This document shows, in pieces, positions 1 through 9,484 of a DNA stretch of 64,000 nucleotides. The stretch is from Candidatus Eiseniibacteriota bacterium (GTDB lineage: Bacteria; Eisenbacteria; RBG-16-71-46; CAIMUX01; VGJL01), in assembly GCA_041946735.1 (NCBI GenBank), contig JBHGAY010000007.1, forward strand, positions 100,504-164,503. The letters run 5' to 3'. Position 1 is the first letter of the stretch. Each line of letters opens with the position of its first letter. Under the pieces are notes generated by a model. That model was not told where the DNA came from, did no database searches, and was given only the letters and a program-made list of their open reading frames with translations. A program made the translations under genes and the position numbers.

Positions 1-230
1 AGCAGCCACGCGGCGACCGGTGGGATCAGGAAGCCGTGCGAGTAGTTCGGATTATGAAGCCATACCCGGAACAGTCCCTGGAACGTCGATGCGTACGCGA
101 GCGCGATTCCGATGGTGGCCAGCACGAGCCCCGTGAGCAGGATTCCGCGCGAGAGTGAGCTGCGTGCCGCGCTCTCCTCCCCGCTCCTCCAGCCCGGGAC
201 CTCCATCGCCTGGCCGCCCGGGTCGGTCAC
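1..230 (-). CDS. Exosortase, N-terminal part (runs off the left edge)
   Basis: Manual minus-strand translation reads ...FQGLFRVWLHNPNYSHGFLIPPVAAWL, the W-x4-YSHGFLIP signature of exosortases. In-frame GTG at 230 overlaps the wzc stop (GTGA); alternative ATG at 206. A PEP-CTERM gene lies in the same locus. Not in the ORF track. Confidence 0.85.
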   Translation of the reverse strand, partial: MTDPGGQAMEVPGWRSGEESAARSSLSRGILLTGLVLATIGIALAYASTFQGLFRVWLHNPNYSHGFLIPPVAAWL

Positions 231-2428
231 CGCCCGCTGCTCCTCGCCGTCTGGTAGCCGTAATAGCGATGGTTGTAGTAGTAGGGCATCGTCTCGTCGA
301 CGTTGTTCATCAAGAGCCCGCGCAGATTGCCCGTGAACTGCTTCTGCAGCTCGACCCCGCGCTCCACCATCGCGCGTGGCGTCCGTCCCGCCTTGACCAC
401 GATCAGGACGGCGTCGACGACCTGTCCGATGATGAGCGCGTCGGGGACCGGAAGGTTCGGCGGAGAGTCGATGAGGATCACGCCGTAGCGCCTCGTCAGC
501 TCGGTCACGAGCCAGGCGATGTTCTCGAACGTGAGCAGGTCGTTGCGGGGCTGCGGGTGCCCGCCGAGCGAGAGGACATGGAGATTGGGCACCGGCGTCT
601 TGCGGAAGGACGCGTCGTCGAGCCGCCGCGTCTCGAGAGCCTGGATGAGACCGGGGCCGTGCGGCTCGGCTCCCAGCATCCGCCCGAGAGCGCCGCGCCT
701 CAGGTCGATGTCGACCAGCAGGACGGGGACGCGGGGCTCCTCGGTCGCGATCGCCGAGCCGAGCAGGATGCAGGCGGTCGTCTTGCCTTCCCCGCCCCGG
801 GTGCTCGTGATCAGAAGAGAGCGAACTGGCGCATCCTCGTCGTTGCGCAGCTCGAGCGCGATGCGACGCATCTCCTGATAAGCGGGAGAGTCGCCGAGGA
901 AGCGGTCGAACGCCTGCTGCGTCCAGTGCGGCCGGTCCTTGGCCGCTCCGAGCATGTCGAGCTGCGGCAAGGTGCCGATCACGCGGATCCCGAGCGCGCG
1001 CTCCGCCTCTCGCGAATCGCGGAAGGTCGGATCCTGGCGCTCGACGATGGCGAGCGCGGCGATCCCGAGGAGCAGCCCGATGATCCCTCCCAGGACGAGA
1101 ATGACCGGGCGGTTCGGCTTGATCGGGCTGAGAGGACGGGCAGGCGGCTCCAGGATCGACATGCGCCCCTGCTCCATGCTGCCCACGAACGCCTCGCCGA
1201 TCTTGCTCGACGCCAATTGGTTGACGAACGCGTTGTACAGCGCCCGCTTGTTCTCCACCTCCCGCGTGAGCCGCTGCACCTCCGTCTCGATCGCCGGCGT
1301 TCCGGTCACGGAGGACTCCGATCGGGAGATCGCTCGATCCAGGGCGCCGAGCCGTTCGCGCACTCCCGCCATCCGAGCCTGCGTCACGAGAAGGGCCGCC
1401 GCGTCGGAGCGAACGGAGGCGGGAATCGCGTTGCCCCCTTCCCACTGCTCGATCGCCTCCTGCTGCAGGTCGCCGAGCGCTTGCGCCGTGAGGACGGCAT
1501 ACGTTTCGGCGTCGTTCTGCGATCCATAGGGATCCGCGGCCGCTTCGGCATACTTGCGCTCGAGGTCCTTGACCTGCTCCACGACCCGCGAGTAGGCCGG
1601 GCCGCCCGCGCTGGGCAACGCGGCGAGAGCGCTTGGCGCCTTCGACTGGATGGAGCGCCGGAGCCGCTGCTCCTCGGTCGAGAGACGGGCGCTCTCCGAC
1701 GAAGCCTCGTCGCGCAGGCGCCGGACTTCCGTCAACCCCGCGCTGTTTCCCGAAGCGCGGAGAGCGCCGAGCGCTGCGGAGCGCTTCGCGTCGTCGAGGC
1801 TCTTCTCGGCGTCGGCCAGCTCCTGCTTGTACACCGCCATCTGCATCTCGCTGAAGCGGTACATCTCCTTCACGCGCTCCAGCTGAGCGCTGCTGTTCGC
1901 CTCGATGACGCCGGTCGCTACTCTCTGGGCCAGATCCTGCGCGCGAAGGGGATCGGCGTGGACCACGCGGATCGTCAGAATGTTCTCCGCGATCCTCAGG
2001 CCGATCCAGTGGCGCAACAGCTCAGGAATGCAGATGTTCTCCAGTTCCTCCTGGGAAAGGCCCGGATATCGCCGCGCATTGCTGTTCACCCAGGCTTTCA
2101 CTTCGGGGTCTTCGCGCAGCCGGGACTGGGACGCGACCTTCAGCAGGAAGTCGTTGCTCTGGACGAGAGCGCTCAGCCGTGCGATCTGTTCCTGCATTCC
2201 GGAGCTCGGAAGGATCCCCTGGAGGTCCTTTGTCACCGGGGCGGGAAAGTCGACGAGGATCCGCGCGGTCGATTCGTAGACGGGCGGTAGCACCTTGGGA
2301 TGCCCGATGACGAAACCGGCAAGCAGCCCTGCCAGCACCGGCGCGAGGACCACCCACTTCCTGCGCCACACCATGGTGACCATCCCGCGAAGATCGCGCG
2401 CCTCGCGAACGTTCGGCCTTATTTCCAT
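227..2428 (-). CDS. wzc: Wzc/GumC-type polysaccharide co-polymerase with BY-kinase domain
   Basis: N-terminal Wzz-like TM, coiled coil, second TM, Walker A STRGGEGKTT, A' VLLVDIDLRR, B ILIDSPP, C-terminal Tyr cluster PYYYNHRYYGY. Confidence 0.92.
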   Translation of the reverse strand: MEIRPNVREARDLRGMVTMVWRRKWVVLAPVLAGLLAGFVIGHPKVLPPVYESTARILVDFPAPVTKDLQGILPSSGMQEQIARLSALVQSNDFLLKVASQSRLREDPEVKAWVNSNARRYPGLSQEELENICIPELLRHWIGLRIAENILTIRVVHADPLRAQDLAQRVATGVIEANSSAQLERVKEMYRFSEMQMAVYKQELADAEKSLDDAKRSAALGALRASGNSAGLTEVRRLRDEASSESARLSTEEQRLRRSIQSKAPSALAALPSAGGPAYSRVVEQVKDLERKYAEAAADPYGSQNDAETYAVLTAQALGDLQQEAIEQWEGGNAIPASVRSDAAALLVTQARMAGVRERLGALDRAISRSESSVTGTPAIETEVQRLTREVENKRALYNAFVNQLASSKIGEAFVGSMEQGRMSILEPPARPLSPIKPNRPVILVLGGIIGLLLGIAALAIVERQDPTFRDSREAERALGIRVIGTLPQLDMLGAAKDRPHWTQQAFDRFLGDSPAYQEMRRIALELRNDEDAPVRSLLITSTRGGEGKTTACILLGSAIATEEPRVPVLLVDIDLRRGALGRMLGAEPHGPGLIQALETRRLDDASFRKTPVPNLHVLSLGGHPQPRNDLLTFENIAWLVTELTRRYGVILIDSPPNLPVPDALIIGQVVDAVLIVVKAGRTPRAMVERGVELQKQFTGNLRGLLMNNVDETMPYYYNHRYYGYQTARSSGR

Positions 2429-2497
2429 TCCCAGTCTCCTGCTCGACGCCCCGTGCCGGGCGGCGTCCTTCCGAGTCCCCGGACCGCGACGCCCGGA

Positions 2498-3559
2498 TCA
2501 GTTGTGCTCGTCGATGTAGTCCGAGATGAGAAAGAAGTTCAAGAGATCGCGGGAGGCGCCGAGAAGCACGCGGGTCGCGCCCCACGTCGCCCGCGCGGCG
2601 GTCATCGGGGGCTTCGGAACGTGGATCGCGTCGCCCGCTTGAACGGGAAACGCCGTCCCTCCTTCGTCGAGCCCCTTCTTCACGTCGACCACCACGACGT
2701 AGCTGCTCCCGTTCGCGTCCTGTCCGAGGACTTGCACGTGCCGCAGGTCGCCGGTCGGAAGCGCGCCGCCGGCGAGGCTCAGGACGCGGATCAGGTCGAG
2801 GCCGGGAACCACGCCGTACGCGCCGGGCCGCGCCACCTCGCCCGACACATAGACCGACGTTCCGCTGGGTCCGGCCACTCCCGTCCCGGCGATGGGGATG
2901 GGAGGGACATAGATCACGTCGCCCGCCTGCAAGGCCGGAAGGTTCGTCACGCTTCCCCCCGCCATGGCGGAGGCGACGTCGACCGTGAGCGGAGACTGCC
3001 CCGCGGGAGCGTTCTCGCGGAAGATCTGCACCCGCGATAGGTCGCCTCCCGCTCCGAGCCCGCCCGTCGTCCCCAGCACCTGCACCAGATCCGGCATCTT
3101 CTCGAAGCCGATTCGGCCGGGCGTCGTGACCGCCCCGGAGACGACCACGTAACGGCTGTTGAAGGCGGCGACGCTGACGTTCACCTGCGTCGGGCGCCGG
3201 AGGAAGTCGTTCAGGCGGTTCTCGAGGTCGCGCTCGAGCGCGGTGACCGTCTTGCCGGCGGCCGGCACCTCTCCGATCGGCGGAAAGGTGATCGCCCCGT
3301 TCCCCTGCACCGTCACCGTCCGCGACAGCTCCGGTCGATCCCAGACCCCGATGTTCAGCACGTCCTCGGGGCCGAGGGTGTACTCCCCTGCCTGCTGCGC
3401 GCGAGCGATGTCGGGGTCCCCCCCGGCGAGCAGGAGCGCGAACGAGACGGCGAGCGCCGCGAGGCCGAGGCCTGGGCGGAAGCCGAAGCAGAAGGCGAGG
3501 ACGTGGCGAACGGCGGCCGCGGGGCTCGCGGCCGAAGACGAATGAGAGAGCTGGTTCAT
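2498..3559 (-). CDS. Polysaccharide export protein (Poly_export plus SLBB repeats, Wza-like)
   Basis: YTLGPEDVLNIGVW...GAITFPPIGEV Poly_export motif; SLBB repeats VSGAVTTPG and VSGEVARPGAY. ATG at 3559 overlaps the upstream stop (ATGA); the ORF-track 5' extension is spurious. Confidence 0.9.
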   Translation of the reverse strand: MNQLSHSSSAASPAAAVRHVLAFCFGFRPGLGLAALAVSFALLLAGGDPDIARAQQAGEYTLGPEDVLNIGVWDRPELSRTVTVQGNGAITFPPIGEVPAAGKTVTALERDLENRLNDFLRRPTQVNVSVAAFNSRYVVVSGAVTTPGRIGFEKMPDLVQVLGTTGGLGAGGDLSRVQIFRENAPAGQSPLTVDVASAMAGGSVTNLPALQAGDVIYVPPIPIAGTGVAGPSGTSVYVSGEVARPGAYGVVPGLDLIRVLSLAGGALPTGDLRHVQVLGQDANGSSYVVVVDVKKGLDEGGTAFPVQAGDAIHVPKPPMTAARATWGATRVLLGASRDLLNFFLISDYIDEHN

Positions 3560-6228
3560 CCTTCCTCCCCGGACGATGTGCGGACGAGGGTTCCCGCTCC
3601 CGCAGAGCCGGCGCCGGCGGCGACCGCGGGCCGAGCCGGGCTTCGCTGGGCCGGCCTCTTCTCGCTCAACAGGCGCGGGAGCGCCCGGCGCAGGGCATCG
3701 AGATCGAGCTGCCAGTTCCCGTGGTGCCCGTAATAGCGGTCGTAGACCAGAACCTCCTCCCCCCCGCCTGCAAGCAGCTGGGCAGGGCCGGTCAGACCGG
3801 GCCTGCGGGCGAACGTCCAGGCCCCGATCTCCTCCTGCCTCCACACGTCGCTCTCGAGCAGGTGAGCGGAAGGCCCGACGAGACTCATGTCTCCCCGGAG
3901 GACGTTCCAGAGGTAGAGGACTCGGTCCAGATGAGCGGCCGCGATCCATGCGGCGAACCTCCTCTGGAGCGGGCTGGAGGACGTCGAACGCTCCAGCCGG
4001 AGACGGTAAGTCACGAACGGCCGGCCGGGAAGACGCTTCTTGCGCCGATCGGCGTTGCGCCGGTCGATCCCGACCCGGCTTTCCTGGCTGCGCCGGTCGG
4101 CGCAGCGCCGGTTGCGGCCGATCCGGGTCTCCGCCTCGAAGACCACCTGGCCGGAGCCCGCGAGGTGCAGCAGACCCCACGCAGCCGCGGCGGGGATCGC
4201 GAGAAGCACGAGGCTCGTCGCCGCCGCCATCACGTCGAGAAGCCTCTTCCCCGTCGGCTCGCTCGCGGTGGAATACAGAGGGCTCTCCGCCTCCGTCGCC
4301 TCGGCCGGCGCCAACGACGGAAGCGCGGGCGGCGGAATCTCCCGGAACTCCGGCACGAGCAGCTGGAGACCGGCACGGATCTCCCCCGCCGGCGCATGCG
4401 CGGCGAGCCGGATCAGCTGCTCGACCTCCTTCTCGAAACGGGGCGTGTCGACCGGATCGAGTTCGCAGCGGAAGATCTTCGCGTGACGGGTGGTGCGCGT
4501 CGTCTCCGCCTTCGTCAGGATCTCCTCCTCGAGCTTCTCCCCCGGCCGCAGTCCGACGAAGTCGATCCGCACGTCCCGGTCCGGCTCGAGCCCGCTCAGC
4601 CGGATCAGCTGTCGCGCGACGTCCAGGATCCGGACCTGCTCTCCCATATCGAGGATGAAGATGTCGCCGGACTGCCCGAGCAACGCTGCCTGGATGACGA
4701 GCTGGCTCGCCTCGGGGATCGTCATGAAGTAACGGCGCGCGTGGGGGTGCGTGACGGTTAGCGGGCCCCCGCGGGCGAGTTGCCTGCGGAAGATCGGAAG
4801 GACCGAACCTTCCGAGCCGATGACGTTCCCGAAGCGGACGGCGACGAACGTCGTGCGCGACCGCGACGACAGCGCCTGCAGCAGCATTTCGCACGCCCGC
4901 TTCGAGGCTCCCATCACGTTCGTCGGGTTCACGGCCTTGTCGGTCGAGATGAGGATCATCGTCTCGACGCCGGCCGCCTCGCACGCCCTCGCCACGTTGC
5001 GCGTCCCGAGGATATTGTTCAGGATCGCCTCGCGCGGTCGCGTCTCGAGCAGATTGACGTGCTTGTGCGCGGCGGCGTGAAACACGAGGTTCGGCGAAAG
5101 CTCCACGAGCAGCTCGTGCAGGCCGATCTCGTCCTTGATGTCGCCGACCACGTGCAGGACGTCGAGCGAAGGATGCGCCTCGCGAAGCTCGAGCCCGAGA
5201 TAGGTGAGGTTGTTCTCGTTGTGGTCGAGCAGCACGAGCCGGGCGGGCGCGAAGCGCGCGATCTGCCGGCAGAGCTCCGATCCGATCGAGCCTCCCGCCC
5301 CCGTGACGAGCACCACGCTTCCCGCGATCCTCTGTCGGATGCCGGGCAGGTCGATGCTGATCGGCTCGCGGCCGAGCAGGTCCTCGATCCGCACCTCGCG
5401 CACCTGATCGAGCGCTCCTCTGCCTTCGATGTAGTCGGAGAGCGCCGGGACGGTGCGGCAGGCGATGCCTGATTCGAGGCAGACGCGCACGACTTGCCGC
5501 AGGAGCCGGCCGGGCGCCGAGGGGGCGGCGATCAGAACCTCTCCGACTTCCTTCTCGTGGATCAGCCGGGGAAGGTCGAACGTCGTTCCGAGCACCTGCA
5601 GCCCTTCGATCCTCGCGCCCATCTTGCCGGGATCGTCGTCGACGAACCCGATCGGGTGCCCCGGATACGCGACCGTGCGCTCCAGCTCGCGGGCGACCAT
5701 CGCTCCGATGTCCCCGGCGCCGACGATGAGGATCCGACGGCCTGTCCTCGGTCCTCTCCGAACCGGGCTGACCAGGAGCCGGTAGCTAGCGCGCGTGCCG
5801 AGCACCAGGGCGATCGTGAGGATCCAGGAGAGGATGATGACGCTCCGCGGCAGCGGTTGCGGCTGGATCAACAAGTTGACCAGGTAGAAGACGCCGAAGC
5901 CGAGCGTCAACGCGTTCAGGATCGAGAGCGCGGTGGGCAGGCCGACGTAGCGCCAGAGCGTGCGGTGCACGTGAAAGAGGTTGAGGAAGAGCAGGCCGGC
6001 GATCGTCGCGAAGTAGGAGACCTCGACGTAACGATGCAGATATTCCACCGGGATGCGCCCGTCGAAGCGGAGCAGCAACGCGATCAGCACCGCCCCGTTG
6101 ATCAGCAGCGCATCCAGCAAGTTCAGGAGAAGGATGCGTGTCCTACGGCCCAATCTCCCTGTCCTCCAGCCGTGCGGGGAGTCGATCCCGTACGCAGATT
6201 CGAAGCCCGTGATGCCGCGAGGGCGCAT
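3556..6228 (-). CDS. CapD/PglF/WbpM-type UDP-sugar 4,6-dehydratase fused to a C-terminal degenerate sugar (phosphoglycosyl) transferase domain
   Basis: 4 N-terminal TMs, CoA-binding-like GAGDIG, GAGGSIGSEL, HAAAHKHV, STDKAVNPTNVMGASK, RFGNVIGSEGSV. C-terminal KRLLDV...WNVLRGDMSLVGP...PGLTGPAQ...YDRYY. Start uncertain (6228 or 6276). Confidence 0.9.
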   Translation of the reverse strand: MRPRGITGFESAYGIDSPHGWRTGRLGRRTRILLLNLLDALLINGAVLIALLLRFDGRIPVEYLHRYVEVSYFATIAGLLFLNLFHVHRTLWRYVGLPTALSILNALTLGFGVFYLVNLLIQPQPLPRSVIILSWILTIALVLGTRASYRLLVSPVRRGPRTGRRILIVGAGDIGAMVARELERTVAYPGHPIGFVDDDPGKMGARIEGLQVLGTTFDLPRLIHEKEVGEVLIAAPSAPGRLLRQVVRVCLESGIACRTVPALSDYIEGRGALDQVREVRIEDLLGREPISIDLPGIRQRIAGSVVLVTGAGGSIGSELCRQIARFAPARLVLLDHNENNLTYLGLELREAHPSLDVLHVVGDIKDEIGLHELLVELSPNLVFHAAAHKHVNLLETRPREAILNNILGTRNVARACEAAGVETMILISTDKAVNPTNVMGASKRACEMLLQALSSRSRTTFVAVRFGNVIGSEGSVLPIFRRQLARGGPLTVTHPHARRYFMTIPEASQLVIQAALLGQSGDIFILDMGEQVRILDVARQLIRLSGLEPDRDVRIDFVGLRPGEKLEEEILTKAETTRTTRHAKIFRCELDPVDTPRFEKEVEQLIRLAAHAPAGEIRAGLQLLVPEFREIPPPALPSLAPAEATEAESPLYSTASEPTGKRLLDVMAAATSLVLLAIPAAAAWGLLHLAGSGQVVFEAETRIGRNRRCADRRSQESRVGIDRRNADRRKKRLPGRPFVTYRLRLERSTSSSPLQRRFAAWIAAAHLDRVLYLWNVLRGDMSLVGPSAHLLESDVWRQEEIGAWTFARRPGLTGPAQLLAGGGEEVLVYDRYYGHHGNWQLDLDALRRALPRLLSEKRPAQRSPARPAVAAGAGSAGAGTLVRTSSGEEG

Positions 6229-6353
6229 GCGCCCCTTCTTCCCGTTATCGGCTCTGCACCGTCGTGGATCGAGCACGGGGACCGTACGGCAGGATACGGA
6301 AGGGGGGGAGTCCGAATGTCTCCCCCCTCCCCGTTGCAGCTACAGGATGGAAC

Positions 6354-7040
6354 TTATCTGGGGCGGCGGCGGAACGCAAGCCCGGAGCCGAGAAGCCCCG
6401 AGGCAAGCAGCAGCAAACTGGCAGGTTCCGGAACCGGCTCGATCGCGGCTCGCAGCTGGCCGTCGATCCGGTAGTCGTATCCGGCGGGGATTCCGCCTCC
6501 GGCTCGAGTCGTGCCGCCGAAGGTGAACAGATCGTAGTCATCGAGGTGGGGATAGTAGAGTCCGCCGTCGTACACGCCCGTCCCGGAGAATGTCCCGACG
6601 TTTTGCACCGTGTCCAACAGGAGCGAGAAGCTCTGGAAGTTGCCGCGCAGCCAGAGATCCCCGTCGACGAAGCTCGGCGGTGCTCCGAGCGGGTTCGCGC
6701 CATAGGCGTAGGGACGATCCAGATCTCCTGTGGACTGGAAGATCTGGAAGCTGCCACCCGAGTAGGCGCGAAGCTGAAAGCCCCCGCCCACGTCCTGCTG
6801 GCTTGCGAGGACGAGGTCCGAGAGATAGTAGGTGTACACCTCGCTGGGGTCCTGCACCTGCGGGGTGAAGCCGTCGAGCACCCCGACCGACTCGAGCTTC
6901 ACCTGCCTCGGCTGCGTCATGGTCCATGTGAAGCCGGTGTAATCCATCAAGAGCGGAAGAGCGAACGAGCTGCCCGCCGTTGCGGCGAGAAGCGAGACCA
7001 TCAGGAACGCACTGCGCAAAGTTCCCCGGAATGGATGCAT
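6354..7040 (-). CDS. PEP-CTERM sorting-domain protein
   Basis: Signal peptide (…LLAATAGSSFA), C-terminus VPEPASLLLLASGLLGSGLAFRRRPR (PEP, TM, basic tail); GGAGG upstream of ATG 7040. Confidence 0.92.
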   Translation of the reverse strand: MHPFRGTLRSAFLMVSLLAATAGSSFALPLLMDYTGFTWTMTQPRQVKLESVGVLDGFTPQVQDPSEVYTYYLSDLVLASQQDVGGGFQLRAYSGGSFQIFQSTGDLDRPYAYGANPLGAPPSFVDGDLWLRGNFQSFSLLLDTVQNVGTFSGTGVYDGGLYYPHLDDYDLFTFGGTTRAGGGIPAGYDYRIDGQLRAAIEPVPEPASLLLLASGLLGSGLAFRRRPR

Positions 7041-7186
7041 GCGTTTCGAACCTCCTCGATCGGTTCCCGGGCGAAGAAGCCGCCCGCTCTGCTTTCGAAT
7101 CGGTGTGGCGTGGGTCGCCGTTCTCACCGGCGTCGCCCCTGCCGGCCCTTTCAGCCTTCTGCTCGCTGTGAGCTGCGCCGGCGCCC

Positions 7187-7873
7187 TCATCGGTACAGCC
7201 CCTTGATCGCGCCCCAGCTCGCCGGCCGGGTCGCGACCGGAGCGGGCGCGAGCAGCTGCGGATCCCACGCCATGTCGTACCCCTCCGGCTCCCCGCCGAA
7301 AGGACCGGAGGCGGTGCCGCCGAAGAAGAGCCACTGCGCGGGATCTCCGATCTGATCGAGCTTCGTGCCGCCAGTGAAGTCCACGTGGCCCTGGAAGACT
7401 CCGCTGAGTCCCGGGCCGTTCCAGACGAGGCTGCCGTCGGTGACCCGACCTTCGAGGATCAGCACGCCGTCCTGGAATGTGGCGGGGACCTGCGCGTTCG
7501 GAGGGTTCCACTGCCAGACCGCGTTCCTCGCCGGGTCCTCGAAGACCCGGATCGTTCCACCCGCGTAGGTGACGGCCGTCACGGGTCCCGTGACCTGGAC
7601 GCTCTCGATCACGAGGTCCGAGACCAGTACCGTGTATTCGTTCGTAGCCAGGTCGAGCGGGAGGACCGGCTCCGGCTGGACGGGATCGAACAACATCGGG
7701 ATCGTCGTCACGGTGCCGGCCGTGAAGGCCGGTCCGTCCAGGTAGGAGTAGCCGTAGAAGTCGAAGAATGGATTCCCGTTGGCAGCGCTCCACGTGCCGA
7801 GCGCGGCCGTGATCAGGAGAGTCCAGGCCAGGACTCCCGATGCAAGGCTTGTCTGCTTCCCCTGCGTCCTCAT
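7187..7873 (-). CDS. Exported protein, paralog of the adjacent PEP-CTERM protein, ending in PVATRPASWGAIKGLYR
   Basis: Signal peptide, RBS GAAGGGAG before ATG 7873, visible similarity to 6354-7040. Confidence 0.85.
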   Translation of the reverse strand: MRTQGKQTSLASGVLAWTLLITAALGTWSAANGNPFFDFYGYSYLDGPAFTAGTVTTIPMLFDPVQPEPVLPLDLATNEYTVLVSDLVIESVQVTGPVTAVTYAGGTIRVFEDPARNAVWQWNPPNAQVPATFQDGVLILEGRVTDGSLVWNGPGLSGVFQGHVDFTGGTKLDQIGDPAQWLFFGGTASGPFGGEPEGYDMAWDPQLLAPAPVATRPASWGAIKGLYR

Positions 7874-7940
7874 TTGGCTCCCTTCGTCCGGCGGACGGTT
7901 CGGCACGCGGCGACTACTCATGTATCGCGCGATTGCTGCG

Positions 7941-7969
7941 ATTATCCTCGATCAGAAATCAATCGTCAA
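7941..7969 (-). promoter_or_regulatory. sigma70-type promoter for the PEP-CTERM/EPS locus
   Basis: Minus strand TTGACG-17 nt-GATAAT in an AT-rich intergenic island. Confidence 0.7.
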
Positions 7970-8038
7970 CATTTCTTTACTTCTGTCATCGATCCATTTC
8001 ACCCTCGCCCGGCCCCGGCGAGCTCGTCAGGAATCGCG

Positions 8039-8067
8039 TTGACAGGGGGTTAGGCGGGCGGGATTCT
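8039..8067 (+). promoter_or_regulatory. Divergent sigma70-type promoter for the Yip1 gene
   Basis: TTGACA-17 nt-GATTCT. Confidence 0.55.
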
Positions 8068-8107
8068 GTCGCATCGGCGACCGAACGGTCGCCTCAGGAG
8101 GACAGGC

Positions 8108-8878
8108 ATGGCCGAAACCCCCACCCCTCCCCCGCTCAGCCCGGCCCTCAGTCCGGCCGGTCCAGTCTCCCCGTTCCAGCGTTTCACCCTCGCCCTCGGC
8201 GTTTCCCGCCGGGCTTTCGCGACGCCGTTCCACACCCCGGACTGGCTCATTCCCCTACTCATCGTCCTGGCCGTCCAGATCGCGAGCGGCTTCGCGGTGC
8301 ACGACCTCATCGTCCAGAAGACGATGTCCCAGCAGGAGCAGGTGCGGGCCAAGATCGAGGAAGATCCGAGGATGAGCGCGGAGCAGAAAGAGGAAGCGAT
8401 CGAGCGGATGGAGAGCATGAGCGGCGGGACGATGGTCACCGTCGGCATCCTCGCCGGCGGTCCGCTGACCCTGGCGATCGGCACCCTGGCGATCGCCGTC
8501 CTGCTTCACCTCATCGTGAACTTCGGACTGGGAGGGCAGATCCGGTTCGCGCAAACGTGGCTCGTCGCCGTGCTCGGCTGGGCTCCCAAGGCGGTGGAGT
8601 CCGTGCTCTTCACGCTGCTCGCGCGACTGCGCGGGACCGTAGACATCTCCTTCGGCCCCGCAGCGCTCATCGCCGACCTGAACAGCATGGCGCATCGCCT
8701 CCTGGGGGTGTTCGACCTCTTCAGCATCTGGGTGATCGCGGTGCAGACCGTCGGCCTGATGGGCGTCGCGGCCCTCGCGAAGAACAAGGCCCTCACCGCC
8801 GTCCTGCTGCTCTGGATCCTCTGGTGGGTCGTGCGGATCGTGCTTGCGGTCGCCTTCCGCAACACCCCGGGCATGTAG
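8108..8878 (+). CDS. Yip1-family membrane protein
   Basis: Multi-TM protein, S-x3-F-x7-W-x2-PL N-terminal pattern, FDLFSIW motif, RBS AGGAGG. Confidence 0.75.
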   Translation: MAETPTPPPLSPALSPAGPVSPFQRFTLALGVSRRAFATPFHTPDWLIPLLIVLAVQIASGFAVHDLIVQKTMSQQEQVRAKIEEDPRMSAEQKEEAIERMESMSGGTMVTVGILAGGPLTLAIGTLAIAVLLHLIVNFGLGGQIRFAQTWLVAVLGWAPKAVESVLFTLLARLRGTVDISFGPAALIADLNSMAHRLLGVFDLFSIWVIAVQTVGLMGVAALAKNKALTAVLLLWILWWVVRIVLAVAFRNTPGM

Positions 8879-8950
8879 GGAATCGACGGAGTGCGCGGCT
8901 CTCGGCTTGGCGGGAGTACCGCTCCGGCGGCTTCGCGGAGAGAACCGCTC

Positions 8951-9484
8951 TCAGCCTTGCTGTCGAATGATGCGGTAGAGGATGTCGTGAAGGCTCTTCT
9001 GCTCCGACTCGTCGCGCGCGAGGAGATGGACCTTCGCAAACGGCGCTTCGTCCAGCAACCGGCCGACGAGCGTCTCGAGGATGGGCGCGAGATCCTGCGG
9101 GCGCGCCCCCTTGCCCGCCCCGAGGAACGAATGGACGAGAATCGAGCGCCACGGCTTCGAGGCGGCGAGATCGAGCGCCGCGCGCATCGCGCGCGCGGCC
9201 GCGGCCGGATCGAAAACGAGATCCTGCCCCGCCACCGCCATGTGCACGATCGCGGCGAGCGGGAGATCGCCGGCCGGCGCGGCGACGACCTCGCCGAGGG
9301 AGAGCGGACCGAGGCGCACCGCTTCGGTCTCCGCGGCGGCGCCCGCCTTCTTGCGCAGGTCGAGCGCCGAGCCCGCCGCCATCCAGAGGTAGTCGTTCGT
9401 GGGGAGCAGGAGCGCATCGGCCTCCGGCCAGGGAGCGGAGGCGAGGCCGATCGTGACCTGCGTCCGGACGAAGTGGAATGACAT
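8951..9484 (-). CDS. Divergent macro-domain (Appr-1-p) protein
   Basis: DALLLPTNDYLWMAAGSALDLRKKAG...GEVVAAPAGDLPLAAIVHMAV resembles the macrodomain fold; RBS GAGGGGGAGG before ATG 9484. Confidence 0.75.
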   Translation of the reverse strand: MSFHFVRTQVTIGLASAPWPEADALLLPTNDYLWMAAGSALDLRKKAGAAAETEAVRLGPLSLGEVVAAPAGDLPLAAIVHMAVAGQDLVFDPAAAARAMRAALDLAASKPWRSILVHSFLGAGKGARPQDLAPILETLVGRLLDEAPFAKVHLLARDESEQKSLHDILYRIIRQQG

